This document shows, in pieces, positions 24,376-38,950 of a DNA stretch of 64,000 bases. The first letter of the stretch is position 1. Each line of letters starts with the position of its first letter. The notes below the pieces were generated by a model. It made no database searches and had not been told where the DNA came from. It saw only the letters and a list, made by a program, of their open reading frames with translations. The DNA comes from Octopus vulgaris (Eukaryota). Location of the stretch: contig OX597814.1 in the NCBI GenBank assembly GCA_951406725.2, positions 196,602,001-196,666,000 of the forward strand, written 5' to 3'. The translations under genes were made by a program, and so were the position numbers.

Positions 24376-24480
24376 AAAAAGTATTTCAAAACCCCGCCAA
24401 GATCAACTTTACATTTTACCCTTCCGGGATCGATGAAAGGGATTGCTACTGCATTGGATTGGCGAAACTGACTGTAAGAA

Positions 24481-25040
24481 AAGGCGGCGAGCTGGAAGAA
24501 ACGTTAGCACGCCGGACGAAATGCTTAGCGGTGAGTTCAAATTCCGCCGAGGTCGACTTTGCCTTTCATCCTTTCGGGGTCGATAAATTAAGTACCAGTT
24601 ACGCACTGGGGTCGATTTAATCGACATAATACCTATGTCTGTCCTTGTTTGTCCCCTCTATGTTTAGCCCCTTGTGGGTAATAAAGAAATAGGTATTTCG
24701 TCTGCCGTTACGTTCTAAGATCAAATTCCGCCGAAGTCGACTTCTCCTTTCATCCTTTCGGGGTCGATAAATTAAGTACCAGTTACGCACTGGAGTCGAT
24801 GTAATCGACTTAATCCCTTTCTCTGTCCTTGTTTGTCCCCTCTGTGTGTAGCCCCTTGTGGGCAGTAAAGAAATAGGTATTTTGTCTGTCTTTACGTTCT
24901 GAGTTCAAACTCCGTCGAGGTCGACTCTGCCTTTCATACTTTCGGGGTCGATAAATAAAGTACCAGTTGCGTACTGGGGTTGATCTAATCGACTGTCCCC
25001 CTTCCCAAATATGTCGGACCTCGTGTCTAAATTAGAATAA
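24481..25040 (+). mobile_element. SINE family B trimer
   Basis: Head plus units rejoined at AAAGAAATA|GGTATTT (about 24692 and 24876). Confidence 0.9.
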
Positions 25041-25701
25041 AAAATATAGAAACTGACAGTAAAAAAAAGGGTCAAAGCAGAGCCTTGCAGTATTTTTTCC
25101 GACTCTTTCCTTTTTGAGTTCAAACATCGTAATGGCATATATCAGAGATAGACTAATGCATCACTCAATTTAATACGATTACCTGGATTATTGCATGTAT
25201 TTAACCGATTTCACTCTTGTTACATGAATTTAGGCAAAGTCACCCGTATGAGAATATCACCCACCCACTTTTCCACCAATCTCGGGGCCTTGTGAAATGT
25301 CATGGACACTGTCTCCTCTCTTGAGTAGCAGATAAAAATAAAACGTCCATAACTTATCTTTCTTAAATATGTTTGTTTTATTATTTTTTCCCTCTGCAAC
25401 TTTAACTCTAGTATTTACACTTTATTTAATAATTCATCGCTGAATGCTAGCGGGATAAACAATACAAACCGTATTAAGTAGAGCGATAAGTCTCTTCTTG
25501 CTTCGATGTCTGCGACCAGACAAGTTACACTCAATTGAATTATGAATTGACTAGTCAGAATTTAATTTTTGATATTATATTCTCTAATTTGAGGAAGGAA
25601 TCAACTCCATGATGGAATTCCAGCCAGGTGTCTATTAATATGTTTATTGCTCTCTTCTGCCACACAATAAACTTTATCTTCTATAATATTGTTTACATTA
25701 T

Positions 25702-26093
25702 AAGGCGGCGAGCTAGCAGAACCGTTAGCACCCCGGTCAAAATGCTTAGCGATATTTTGTCTGCCGCTACATTCTGAGTTCAAATTCTGCCGAGGTCGAC
25801 TTTGCTTTTCATCCTTTCGGGATCGATAAATTAAATACCAGTTACGCACTGGAGTCGATGAAATCGACTTAATCCCATTGACTGTCCTTCTTTGTCCCCA
25901 CTGTGTTTAGCCCCTTGTGGGTAATAAAGAAATAGGTATTTCGTCTGTATTTACGTTCTTAGTTCAAATTCCGCCGAGGTCGACTTTACCTTTCATTCTT
26001 TCGGGGTCGATAAATTAAGTACCAGTTGCGTACTGGGGTCGATCTAATCAACTGGCGCCCTCCGCCAAAATTTGTGCCTAGAGTAGAAAAGAA
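25702..26093 (+). mobile_element. SINE family B dimer
   Basis: Junction at about 25935; ends GTGCCTAGAGTAGAAAAGAA. Confidence 0.9.
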
Positions 26094-26339
26094 TGATATT
26101 TACATTAATTTGGCAAATAATTTGTATTCAATTAAACCTATTACTGATTTCAAATGTTGGCACAAGGCCAGGGATTCTGAGGTAGAGGCTAAGTCAATTA
26201 AATTGACGCCATTACTCAACTCTACGTATTTAAACTCAGAATGAGAAGATAGACGAAGTACAATTAAGCATTTTGGCTGGTGTGCTAACAATTCTACCAG
26301 CTCAACGACTTATATAGATCTAATATTTTTTCAAGTTTG

Positions 26340-27123
26340 GTAGAAGGCCAGTAATTTCGAGGGAAGCGGCAAGTCAATTACATCGACCTCAGTACTCAAC
26401 TAGTACTTAATTTATCAACCCCGAAAGGATGAAAGGCAAAGTCGACCTCGGCGGAATTTGAAATCAGAGCGTAACGGCGGACGAAATACCCCTAAGCATT
26501 TTGCACAGCGTGCTAACGTTTCTTATTTCTTTATTGCCCACAAGGGGCTACACACAGAGGGAGCAAACAAGGACAGACAAACGGTTTAAGTCGATTATAT
26601 TGACACCAGTGCGTAACTGGTACTTATTTAATCGAGCCCGAAAAGATGAAAGGCAAAATCGACCTCGGCGGAATTTGAACTCAGAACGTAGCAGCAGACG
26701 AAATGCCTATTTCTTTACTACCCGCAAGGGGCTAAGCACAGAGAGGACAGAAAAGGACAGACAAACGGATTAAGTCGATTATATCGATCCCAGTGCGTAA
26801 CTGGTACTTAATTTATCGACCCGAAAGGATGAAAGACAAAGTCGACCTCGGCGGAATTTGAACTCAGAACGTAGCAGCAGATGAAATACCTATTTCCCTA
26901 CTACCCACAAAGGGCTAAACACAGAGGGGACAAACAAGGACAGACAAACGGATTAAGTCGATTATATCGACCCCAGTGCGCAACTGGTACTTATTTAATC
27001 AACCCTGAAGATAGGAAAAAGAAAGTCGATCTCGGCGAAATTTGAACTCAGAACGTAACGGCAGATGAAATACAGCTAAGTACTTCGCCCGGCGTGCTAA
27101 CGTTTCTGCCAGCTCACCGCCTT
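26340..27123 (-). mobile_element. SINE family B tetramer-like array
   Basis: Four CGAAAGGATGAAAGGCAAAGTCGACCTCGGCGG-like units; head (CCAGCTCACCGCCTT) at the right end. Confidence 0.88.
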
Positions 27124-27859
27124 CAATCTCTCTCATCCTAACCTTGTTAAAGGCGAATGATGGACTTCATGATGGACAAGGGTACTATCCATATTTATCC
27201 TACACACAACGACAGCTATTCCAAATAAAGCTGAAAATCAACAATGCTCGGACTCTGTACAAGACCGTGCTTCCCCATTTCTCCGCTTGAAGCGTATCTC
27301 AGGCAGCCTTCATAGTAACACTTCGCAACCTAAAAATATATCTCGAACTGGCAGCGCACTGTCGGTACCACTGCTAGATTAGAGATTCTGTAAGTTTATT
27401 CTATTAGAATTCGGCTCACTCGAATGTCCTCCGGTATATATATCAGCTTGTTAATCCTCGTCGACGCCTAGAGTTTTCTATGTTCATAAAGTTCGACATT
27501 CAATGCTAAATATTTCATTTCTTTACGCATGCATATTCACTGTATTTAACTACATAATATTACATTAATAATGATAGTAATAACAAGATGAATATGTCTA
27601 TGTTTGATTGACTAAAGACAGTCTTGTTTGACACAACATGGGTCGAGGTGACAAAATAAATGTCTTCAAGCATCTAACTAGAGAGCTGGTAACTAAAAAA
27701 AGGAAAGAAACGCCTTTCGTAGTTGCTAAAAAGCTTTTAGTAAAGATAAAGGAAATTAGAAATAATCTATGATCAATTACACGTAGAGAGGACAGTAGAC
27801 TTACAGACTCATATACCAGCAAACACACACACACACACATATAGGAACACAAACACTGA

Positions 27860-28057
27860 GCCATACATTCACATGGATATATGTATATATATATATATAT
27901 ATATACATGCATATATATATATATATATATAAATGCATGTATGCATATACGTATGTGAAATTACAGATACACATGTGTGCATATGTATATATATATATAT
28001 AAACATATATATATGTGTGTATATATGTATATATATATATATATGTATGTATATATG

Positions 28058-28088
<31 letters not shown>

Positions 28089-28229
28089 GTGTATGTATAT
28101 ATGCATGTATATATATATATATATGTGTGTATATATGTATCCATGTATATATATATATATGTATGTATGCATTTATATATATATATACATATATATATAT
28201 ATAAGTATGCATGTATATATATGTATGTA

Positions 28230-28271
<42 letters not shown>

Positions 28272-28300
28272 TATATACACACACACACACATATATATAT
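27860..28300. repeat. Degenerate (TA)n/(TATG)n microsatellite
   Basis: Direct reading. Confidence 0.9.
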
Positions 28301-28544
28301 GCGCGTTCACATACACATGCGCATACATTTGTGTGAAAGAAAGTGAGTGAGAAAAGATGAGTAGATGAAAATTAGTAAGAAAGAGAAGAAAAATATTTCC
28401 TTAAATCTTCTTCGCTCAAAACATCTAAAAGTAATGAATGAGGCGGGATAAAGTAAATTGAAAATATTTCAAACTTCACTTGAGGCTAAATTTTACAGCA
28501 ACAACAGAGAGGACGACCAAAAAAAAAAACTTTGACAATTTGAC

Positions 28545-28587
<43 letters not shown>

Positions 28588-28830
28588 TTAATAATAATAA
28601 TAATAATAATAATAAAAATATTAATGATAATAATAATATAATGATGATGATGATGATGAAGAAGGTGAAAAAGAAGAAAAAGAAAGTGAAGAAAAAGATG
28701 ATGATGATGATCAGGATGAAGAAGAAAAAGTAGGGTTGTGGTAGTAGTAGTAATAGTGGTAGTGGTGGTGGTAATATTAGTTGTAGTTGCAAGTCTAATA
28801 CAAATAATAATAGTACTAGTTTTAATGATT

Positions 28831-28882
<52 letters not shown>

Positions 28883-28890
28883 CATTATCA

Positions 28891-28966
<76 letters not shown>

Positions 28967-29302
28967 CATTATTATTATTATTATCATTATTATTATTATT
29001 GGTCATAATAATAATAATAATAATAATAATGTTGATGTTTATGATGATGAAAGGAAGAAAGAAGAATGGGCAGAAGAAAACAAGAAGGAAAAATAATAAA
29101 AGATGAAGAAGGAGCCGAAGCAAGTGTATATGAAGAAGCAAGAAAAAAAGATGCTAAACTTATGAAAGGGAGGAAAGAGAGAAAGAGGAAGATGAAGAAG
29201 AGAAAGAAGGAAAAACGGAGAAAAATTCATATAAGATGATGAGAGAACGAGGAAAAAAAATAAGCTGATGAACAACAACAACAACAACAACAGCAGCTAC
29301 AC

Positions 29303-29391
<89 letters not shown>

Positions 29392-29410
29392 TTAATAATA
29401 ATAAGATGAT
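28545..29410. repeat. Mosaic trinucleotide tract: (TAA)n, (TGA)n, (GAA)n, (TAG/TGG)n, (TTA)n, (CAA)n
   Basis: Direct reading; orientation switches between TAA and TTA blocks. Confidence 0.9.
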
Positions 29411-29673
29411 AACAAAAACAAGAATAAAATTTTTAAGAGGAAGAAATTGATTTACTTATCTTCATTTCTGAAGTTGAGTCGATAAAAGACGCCGGAGGCT
29501 ATTTGATATATACGTAACAAGTGTTACTCGATAGATGGAGCTACGTTCTTGACACTATCATCTGGATGGAATTTATTCCTATAAATACTGACAGATCAGA
29601 ATGGTAAATATGAGGACGTTGAAGCATAACGTCTATAAAGGAGACGTGAAAATATTTAGAAATAAATAATTTT

Positions 29674-30093
<420 letters not shown>

Positions 30094-30249
30094 GTATGCA
30101 TTAACGTAGTGAAATAGTAAGGCACTGCAGTGTTAGGCCAACCAGTTTGTGACTGGTAATATTCCGAAAAATAATATAAGTCAACGCTATATTCGTGTTA
30201 TAAAACCTAAAGTAAAGACATATCAATATTGAGTTCTGTACTATCTCGT

Positions 30250-30600
30250 AGAAAATATCGTACATCGCAAAGATAACAACAAACATAATACCAACTGCTA
30301 TATCTACATACATAGGATCTACAGCGAGACGGTTCAAGTTACAGTACAACTAACATATGCACACTTTTCGCACCCAAACAGGAAAGGTGATACGTCACTC
30401 TCCAAACATATATACTCATTAAAATTAAAAGAGTATTCCGTTTAGCATCAATTGGAAAATACAGGTTCAACCATACCAAGGTAAACACAAAGCCTGCCAA
30501 TATGGTACTAATGAATCCTACTACATTCTCACATTCATGGACCAATTTCTGAATTGAAACTCTGAACTAATTTCTTCTTGCAAACGCAACACATTAAAAA
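30250..30600 (+). pseudogene. Penelope-like GIY-YIG endonuclease fossil
   Basis: YIAKIT..TYIGSTARRFKLQYN*HMHTFR / TSLSKHIYSLK / INWKIQVQPY..ACQYGTNESYYIL / FLN*NSELISSC, with frameshifts and stops. Confidence 0.8.
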
Positions 30601-30889
30601 CACTAAAACTTTTCAAACCAATATATTTTTCTAACGGCTAAACATTTAGGTACCGTATCTCTAACCAAATTCCCCACATAAGATTTCCAAATTTAACTAC
30701 ACAAATATACATACGCACATATAAGAATATATAGTTGTGTGCAAGCAAGATGGAAGTACCTTTTTCATTATCTTTCTTTTTTAATTGCCATTTTTATAAT
30801 TAAGTAATTTACTTTTAAAATTAAATTTTATTTTTATTCCCCTCTTTGCACATAAATATATACACACCTTTCATAATGTCCCACTTTCG

Positions 30890-31513
30890 CGTGCTAACGT
30901 TTCTGCCAGCTCGCGGCCTTTCGCCACCTTCAATAATATTCAATGTATTCTTTTCTACACAAGGCACAAGGCCAGAAATTTTGGGACGGGTGCCATTCGA
31001 TTAGATCGACTCCAGTATGCAACTGGTACTTAATTTATCGACCCCGAGAGGATGAAAAGCAAAGTCGATCTTGGGAGAATTTGAACTCAGAACCTAAAGA
31101 CAGACGAAATACCTATTTCTTTACAACCCACAAGAGGCTAAACACAGAGAGGACAAACAAGGATAGACAAACAGATTAAGTCGATTATAACGACCCCAGG
31201 GTGTAACTGGTACTTATTTAATCGATCCTGAAAAGATGAAAGGCGGAATTTGAACTCAGAAGGTAGCGGCAGACGAAATAACTATTTCTTTACTGCCTAC
31301 AAGGGGCTAAACATAGTGGGGGCAAACATGGACAGACAAAGGGATTAAGTCGAATATATCGAGACCAGTGCGTAACTGGTACTTATTTAATCGACCCCGA
31401 AAGGATGAAAGGTAAAGTCGACCTCAGGGGAATTTGAACTCAGAACGTAATGGCAGACAAAATACCGCTAAGCATTTCGCCTGGCGTGCTAAAAATTCTA
31501 CCACCTCGCCGTC
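30890..31513 (-). mobile_element. SINE family B trimer plus a head fragment
   Basis: Repeated family B units in reverse orientation. Confidence 0.85.
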
Positions 31514-31725
31514 TTTTAATTCTCATCGTACTGAATATGCTGTTACTAATTGAATATTTCATTGCAATAACTGTTATCTTTGATCTTTTAGTTCTTTCAG
31601 TTATCAGAGCTGTCAGCTCCTACTCTATTATAAACATCTCTGTCGTGACGTGTAAATACATACACATAAATACACACACTCAAAGAGACGCCCAAATACA
31701 CGCGCACGTAATATGTGTGCGTGTG

Positions 31726-33956
31726 TTAGTTAGTTAGTTAGTTAGTTAATTTGGCTCAAAAGCAAATAGCAAGGCCATGTAGGGAGACATGGAGTTAAGT
31801 ACAGGGTGGTGTTCATGTAAAGAGTTCAGACCACTTGAGGTCAAGGGAGGCTTTGAACAAAGCGGTCGTCGGCATCTTCACCATCTCGTCTGGCAGCTTG
31901 TTCCACGGATCCGCAACCCGGACGGAGAAAGCTCCTCTCCTTCGATTGAGATGAAATCGTCGCAGGTAGAGCTTTTCGGAATGACCCCGCAGCCGACGCT
32001 CTGGAGCAGGAGTGAAGAATAGCTCTTTCGAGAGGTTACACTTTCCGCTTATGATGTTGTTGGCGAGAAGGAGATCACCACGGCGGCGGCGTTTTTCAAG
32101 AGAACAAAGGTCGAGCGTCCTCAGCCTTTCTTCATAGGACAAATTTTTGAGACCATGAACCATGCGGGTAGCCAGCTTCTGGACTCTTTCGAGATGCTGT
32201 ATGTCTTTGAGGAGTTAAGGAGAGGAGGCTTGAATCCCGTACTCCAATATGGGTCCCACCAGCGTGACATAGAGTGGTAGGAATATGTCTGCTGTGAGCA
32301 TTCCGAATGACCGTCGAATCAAGAACAGAATTCCGCGTGCTTTGTTGGCAGCATGGACGCACTGGGCCGAAGGCGAAAAGGAGGAATCCACCAAGATACC
32401 CAGGTCCTTTACCTGATCGGTCCTCTCCAGCAGCAGACGACCCGGCTCGAAATCAAGTTGAGGAGAGCCAACAGGCAGATGACAGCACTTTGACACGTTC
32501 AGACACAGGTCCCATTCGTTAGACCACTTCGAAATTTGGTGGAGGCATCGACGAAGATCCTATATATCACCGCGAGGAGCGACCAGTTTGATATCGTTGG
32601 CAAATAGAAGGGTGTGTTGCGTGAGGTCATCGGGCAAGTCATTTATGAAGACTAAGAACAATAAGGGCCCAAGCACTGAACCTTGAGGCACGCCACTGCT
32701 CGCACTGGAGAAGTCGGACCGCGAACCATTAACTTGGACTTGGAAGGAGCGATCTGAGAGGAAGGCACCAACCCATCGTACAATATCCGGATGGAAACTA
32801 TATGCTTGAAGCTTGACAAGCAACAGGCGGTGGTTTACCGAGTCAAAAGCTTTGGCAAAGTCCAATAAAACGATGTCAACAGCATCACTATCATCGAGGA
32901 TGCGCGTCACCAATTCTTCCATTACCAGTAAGTTGGTCAAGCATGATCTCTTCGGCACGAAGCCGTGTTGGGAATCAGAGTTAGAGGCTGTGTTTTGGAG
33001 GTGGAGCATCATACTTTTCTTAAGGATGGTTTCGAACATTCCGGTCAGTAGTTAAGCGGGTCTTCGCGGCTCCTTTTCTTGAAAATTGGGCAGATTATCG
33101 CTGTTCTCCAGTCCGCAGGTATAACACCCGTCGCCAATGACATATTGAATAGACGTGTTAAGGGCTCGCAGATGACCGGAGCCAACGCTTTGATAACCCG
33201 TGGGTGTATGCCGTCAGGGCCGTGACCCTTGTTGACATCGAGGCCTTGAATAACACGTTTGACTTCGTCCCGCGAGATGACCAATCGAAGCATTGGAGGT
33301 ACCGATCTATCAAATGGAGGGGGTTCACGACCATCATCTTGTTTGAAAATAGTTGAAAAAGCCTCGGCAAATAATTGACTCTGTTGATAAGGGTCCTCAA
33401 TCGATACGCCTGTTGAGTCTACCAACGTTGCAATCTGGTTGTTCAAGCGGGAATTCCGTTGGACATGGGCAAAGAAGGTTTTTGGATTGCTACTGGCATT
33501 TGCCGCGATTTTGTATTCATAACTGAAGCGTTCTTCCTTTTCAATTTTCACGGCTCGGTCTCGTTGAGTTTTGTACACCTCAAAAGCTGCAGTCGAATCC
33601 AGATTTTTGAATGCAGCCCAAGCAATATCTCTGAGTCGACGTTCTCGTGTAACCTTCTTCGTCACCCAGGGCTTGTGTTTCTTCTTCTTGGGAAGCCCAA
33701 CGGGAACTGCCTGGTCAGTCAACCAGATTACATATGCTTTGAGGGATGACCATAGTTCGTCAACTGAGGACAACGTCATCAGGGATCGCCAGTCCAGAAG
33801 CGCGGAAGCCTCGGTTAGAATTTCAAGATTAATTGCAGAGAAGACTCTACGTGGCAGCGAAGTAGTCGTGGGCGTAGAAAAAGTTGTGTGCATGACGAAC
33901 TTCAGGACCGCATGATCACTTTTGGCAAGAGGGGCGCACACATATACGTCTGACAC
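31726..33956 (-). mobile_element. CR1-type LINE, 5'-truncated, ORF2 broken into four frames
   Basis: PLAKSDH (end of AP endonuclease), GPDGIHPRV, WRTAIICPIFKK, QHGF, DFAKAFDSV, GVPQGSVLGPLLF, FANDIK (catalytic D lost), VKDLGI, RRRGDLL; (TAAC)n tail. Confidence 0.93.
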
Positions 33957-34869
33957 TGTGTGTACGTTTGTATCTGTGTGTGGGCGTGCATGTTTGTGTG
34001 TACCATATCGATTCTAGTACTTATTTTATGGATCTGTAACATATCAAATATCGACTGGTAAGTTGTTAATTTTAAACACAAGTGTGGATATATACATGCT
34101 TACATACATACATATATACATATATACATATATCTATACACACATATATACACACAAACATAAACGCATGTATATATGTTGTATTATATTGTTGCGCAGT
34201 AAAAACGACAGTCTTGAGACAAACACACACAAATATTAATATAAAAAGAGGGCTTCTGCATAATTCCTCTCTGCCAGTTTAAGTCAACCCACACTATAGT
34301 AGAAGTCATTTGCCTTGAATACATCGTAATGGGTTCGAACATGAAACTTAGTGATTACACACAAAACTGCTTATCAATAAAACGTGTGATTGAATTATTG
34401 TCAAAATGTCGATCGAATTACCGATCGAAAACTAAACCTCTAACTATAAAATAAAATGAACAGAAATTATATATTTTCAGCAGTAGATTTTCATTTCATA
34501 TGTTCCGCGATTTTGTTTCAAGCAATATTAAATTAAATATTCATAGCTGTCAACATATCGCTTACAGTTCATAGATGTAACTTCCGAAATACCGTTATAC
34601 GTCAACTAATCTATACAATATTATTCACAGGAAGTAGCCAATTAATATCCACCGGATTCTATATTTCCATGCGATATAGCGGATATTGTTCATTCTACTT
34701 TAAGGCAATTTAGAAACAAAACTGATAAAAATTTGGTACGTGACACACATATAAATATCATAAATATAATTAGGTCAAAGAAATTTATATCCGAAAATAT
34801 ATGCATGCATATTGATGTTGCGTCTAAATATCTCACATAAATTATAATTACTGAATTCAGCCATCGTAG

Positions 34870-35000
34870 AATGTAATGTTGTGACCTGTGTGCCGCAATG
34901 ACAAAGAAGATTATGAAAAGGGGGTCATACGTCCCTCATAGATCCTCTCGTTCTGGAGAGATCAAAGGAATGAGTCCAGACAAATATGAAACATTTTGAT
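34870..35000 (+). pseudogene. Possible Penelope-like endonuclease C-terminus
   Basis: CCDLCAAMTKKIM..RSGEIKGM resembles CxLCxxEKxxI..RSEI; lies upstream of the hammerhead at 35328 on the same strand. Confidence 0.35.
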
Positions 35001-35035
35001 GCTGGTCCATTTCTGAAAAGGAATACCGAGGTTTC

Positions 35036-35214
35036 TAATTTCTTTGTTGCCCACAAGGGGCTAAGCATAGAGGGGACAAACAAGGACAGACAAAGGGATT
35101 AAGTCGATTACATCGACCCCAGCGCGTAACTGGTACTTAATATATCGACCCTGAAAGGATGAAAGTCGACCTCGGCAGAATTTGAACTCAGAACGTAGAG
35201 GCAGACGAAATACA
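35036..35214 (-). mobile_element. SINE family B single headless unit
   Basis: One unit from the tail to GACGAAATAC. Confidence 0.88.
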
Positions 35215-35327
35215 GCGGAGAATTTAACACTGAATATGATCTGTCTGATACCGTTAGGTGGAGAGATATGTTCAATTATTACAGTACCTTCGAATTTAAT
35301 ATTTCAATATTTAATTATTGCCGGAGT

Positions 35328-35410
35328 CCTATGCTGATGAGGAAAATGGTTGGTAAAGTATAATTCTATATTATTTATTCCAATCTAATTCCGAAACGCG
35401 CGTCCATAGG
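35328..35410 (+). ncRNA. Type I hammerhead ribozyme, canonical core
   Basis: CCUAUG-CUGAUGA-GGAA(44 nt)UUCC-GAA-ACGCGCGU-C-CAUAGG: perfect 6-bp helix I, 4-bp helix II base, palindromic helix III, GUC site after 35404. Confidence 0.85.
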
Positions 35411-35694
35411 TGACCAGATATTGATTGATTTTCGTTACTTTTCCTCTCTGCCTGTGTGGGTTGTTTCCAAGTATTTTGGTTTTTCTGGAAGTCCCTTTTT
35501 AAAGTAGAAGAAATAGCTAACGTTTTTTGGCTGCTATTTCTAAACATCGGCATGTGGTAAAGCATATCTTTGCTGAACACTAATTATTAAGTATTACTTA
35601 AGTTTACCATGAATTGGTCCTTTTTTCATGCCGAATTCTACTTGGTGAAATTATTGATTACATCTTAATTAATTAATTTTACACTTTGTTGTTG

Positions 35695-35766
<72 letters not shown>

Positions 35767-36844
35767 CATACATATATATATCTACGTATTTCATATATGT
35801 AGACATTTATATGCATATATACATACACGCAAAACAAGAATGCAACCACAAGAACAAAGCGATACTAAAAAAACCGTGCACTACACGCAAGCACACACCC
35901 ATATAAACAAACGTAGAGATCCATATGAATAGATAAGGCAAAAAAATAGCTTTGATCACAATGTACACATTCACAAACAGACGCTTGCATAATATTGTGA
36001 CACAAGGATCTTTGCTTGAAATAACACGGCAATCAAATTACACAATGCCTTGATGAATAACACAGACACACGGGAACTTAAAACAAAATAGTTTTACAAT
36101 ATATAATCGAAACTAAAACACGAATACATACACATTACAAAGGAACTAGTCTTTAGTTCGTACAACGAACAGACTCAGCAGCCCATATTAATAATAAAAA
36201 TGACCAAAGCAAAATTCCAAACACATCAGTAAATACAACTCAAACAAGACTGAAACATAGGCTTACGGATTCAGAAGATTGATACACTAGCAGAAAAAAA
36301 TAAGGTTTGGCCAGAGCACTCAACGACTTAAAATACAAAATGTCTGGCGCCAAATAAGCAAAAATCTATGATTAATTTAGCAAAATATTCATACATCACG
36401 CCACAATGATTTGCATAATATTTCTTTAGACGTTTCGACTCATTTGAAGGTTTTATGTGCATGTCGTTGTTGTAGATCATCGGAGAACAACTCCCTTTTA
36501 CATCGGTGGAGCGTTCATAACACACTCAGCTCCTTAGCGCAAACTATTCTGCGACACTGGTGTTATTACACGTTGTGGCTGGTCAGCCAGATGTATCAGG
36601 TCATTTCAGCCTAAACAAACAGGCGACAGACTATATTTTTAGTTTCAGCGTACAAACTATAGTCTTTTCAGTGCTTATGTCTGCAGACCAATAAAATATC
36701 GTTATTTGCACTGTGTATGGAAAGATCTGAACTGACGATCTGCGTAATTATTAGAAAGGATTCAAAAGTAACATGAGCTAGTCACTATTATATAGGTAAT
36801 AGTAGAATGATGTTCTTTTTTTCAGTAATATAGCATAGTGACTA

Positions 36845-37520
36845 AGGCGGCGAGCTGGCAGAAACATTAGCACGCCGGGCGAAATGCTTAGCAGTATTTC
36901 GTCTGCAGTTACGTTATCAGTTCAAATTCCGCCGAGGTCGACTTTGCCTTTCATCCTTTCGGGGTCGATGAAATAGGTACCAGTTACGCACTGGGGTCGA
37001 TATAATCGACTTAATCCGTTTGTCTGTCCTTGTTTGTCCTCTCTGTGTGTAGCTCCTTGTGGGTAGTAAAGAAATAGGTATTTCGTTCTGAGTTCAAATT
37101 CCGCCGAGGTCTACTTTGCCTTTCATTCATTCGGGGTCGATTAAATAAGTACCAGTTACGCACTGGGGTCGATATAATCGACTTAATCCATTTGTAGGTC
37201 CTTGTTTGTCCTCTCTGTGTTTAGCCCCTTGTGGGTAGTAAAGAAATAGGTATTTCGTCTGCCGCTGCCTTCTGAGTTCAAATTCCGCCGAGATCTACTT
37301 TGCCTTTCATCCTTTCAGCGTCGATTAAATAAGTACCAGTCACGCACTGGGGTCGATATAATCGACTTACTCCGTTTGTCTCTCCTCGTTTGCCCCCTCT
37401 GTGTGTAGCTCCTTGTGGGCAGTAAAGAAATAAGAAACGTTAGCATACCGCGCGAAATGCTTAGCGGTATGTCGTCCGTCCTAACGTTCTGAGTTCAAAT
37501 TTCGCCGAGGTCTACTTCGC
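36845..37520 (+). mobile_element. SINE family B, three units plus a partial fourth
   Basis: Junctions AAAGAAATA|GGTATTTCG at about 37077 and 37249, and AAAGAAATA|AGAAACGTTAG at about 37433. Confidence 0.9.
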
Positions 37521-38103
37521 ATAGTGACCAAAATAACGTTCCAAACTTATTTGTATAGCCACTCTACCGTAAAATACGACTTACCTTCTCACATACTTTC
37601 CTTTAAATAAATATTCGCTAATTAGTTTCACAACTAAATTAAATTCATAAACAAGTTATTAAAATGCCATCCCTTAACGTGAGCAAAATATAATTCTTAC
37701 CAATGAAACCACTTGGGCTAAAAATTATACAAACAACTTTAGTTAGATTCACAGGGGACAGAATTAAAAATACAACAAAACAAAAACTGTAAATGCAGCA
37801 AAATAAACAGTGCAAAAACAAGCAAAAATTTACTAATGACCAGACAGAAAAATTAATTCAATCAGAAAAAGCAAAAAAAAAAAAAAAAAAAGTATCTGCC
37901 AATTAAGGAAACCAGCAATATACCGCAAGTATCCAAATTCAACTAATAAGAAATATACAACAAAACCGTGTTGTAACAGTTCATGATTAAAGATTGTGCT
38001 ATGGTTGAAAGCCAGACACGATGTATGTATTTTGTTTCGTTCAACTGTAGGCGTATGTGTATATACATGCACAGAGGCGTATATGCATACATACATACAT
38101 ACA

Positions 38104-38136
<33 letters not shown>

Positions 38137-38218
38137 TCATACATACACACACACACATACATACACACATATATATATATATATATAATAGGATTTATAC
38201 ATACAGGCGTTTGTTTTG

Positions 38219-38380
38219 GTGCAGGCGTGGCTGGGTGGTAAGAAGCTTGCTTCCCAACCACATGGTTCTGGGTTCAGTCCCACTGCGTGCCACCAGACCT
38301 AATTGTCTTCAACTATAGCCTCGGGGTCGAACGAAGCCTTGTGAGTGGATTTGTTAGGCGGAAACTGAAAGAAGCCGGTC

Positions 38381-38428
<48 letters not shown>

Positions 38429-38438
38429 CATATATATA

Positions 38439-38472
<34 letters not shown>

Positions 38473-38677
38473 TATGTCTGTGTTTGTTTTCCCTACTATC
38501 GCTTGACAACTGATGCTGGTGTGTTTACGTCCTCATAAGTTAGCCGTTCGGCAGGAGAAACCGATAGAATAAGCACCAGGCTTACAAAGAATAAGTCCAA
38601 GGGACGATTTCTTCTACTAAAAGCGGGTGGGGTGATCCATCATGGCCGCAGTTAAATGACTGCAACAAATGAAAGAA
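38219..38677 (+). mobile_element. SINE family A, diverged full length
   Basis: Head, core, (TA)n(TG)n and tail recognisable. Confidence 0.85.
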
Positions 38678-38755
<78 letters not shown>

Positions 38756-38758
<3 letters not shown>

Positions 38759-38950
38759 TTTTACTTGTCCCACTCATTTGGATGCAGGCATGCTACACCT
38801 CCATCCTAGATGACGGGAACGTATACACACCGTCGTTGGATGTCAAGAGACGGGGTGAGCAACCACAAACGAAAGAACACAAGCATATGCACAACACACA
38901 TATATACGACGGGCTTGTTTCAATTTCCGCCCTCCAAGCCACTCACAAGA
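38756..38950 (-). mobile_element. Decayed SINE family A
   Basis: TTTTACTTGT..GACGGGAACGTA..ATACGACGGGCTT..CCACTCACAAG. Confidence 0.65.

Noticed and set aside
28476-29141. 221-aa poly-N/T/H/I ORF
   Set aside because: Pure trinucleotide repeat that is open in several frames; no domain or splice evidence.
30101-30545. Two hydrophobic minus-strand ORFs resembling transmembrane helices of a Cys-loop or chemotactile receptor
   Set aside because: The opposite strand carries clear GIY-YIG motifs (TYIGST, TSLSKHI, INWKI); the hydrophobic ORFs are antisense shadows.
36845-37520. SINE B arrays and the 24-bp repeat at 63294 as CRISPR-like arrays
   Set aside because: Units are contiguous with no unique spacers, there are no cas genes, and the context is eukaryotic.
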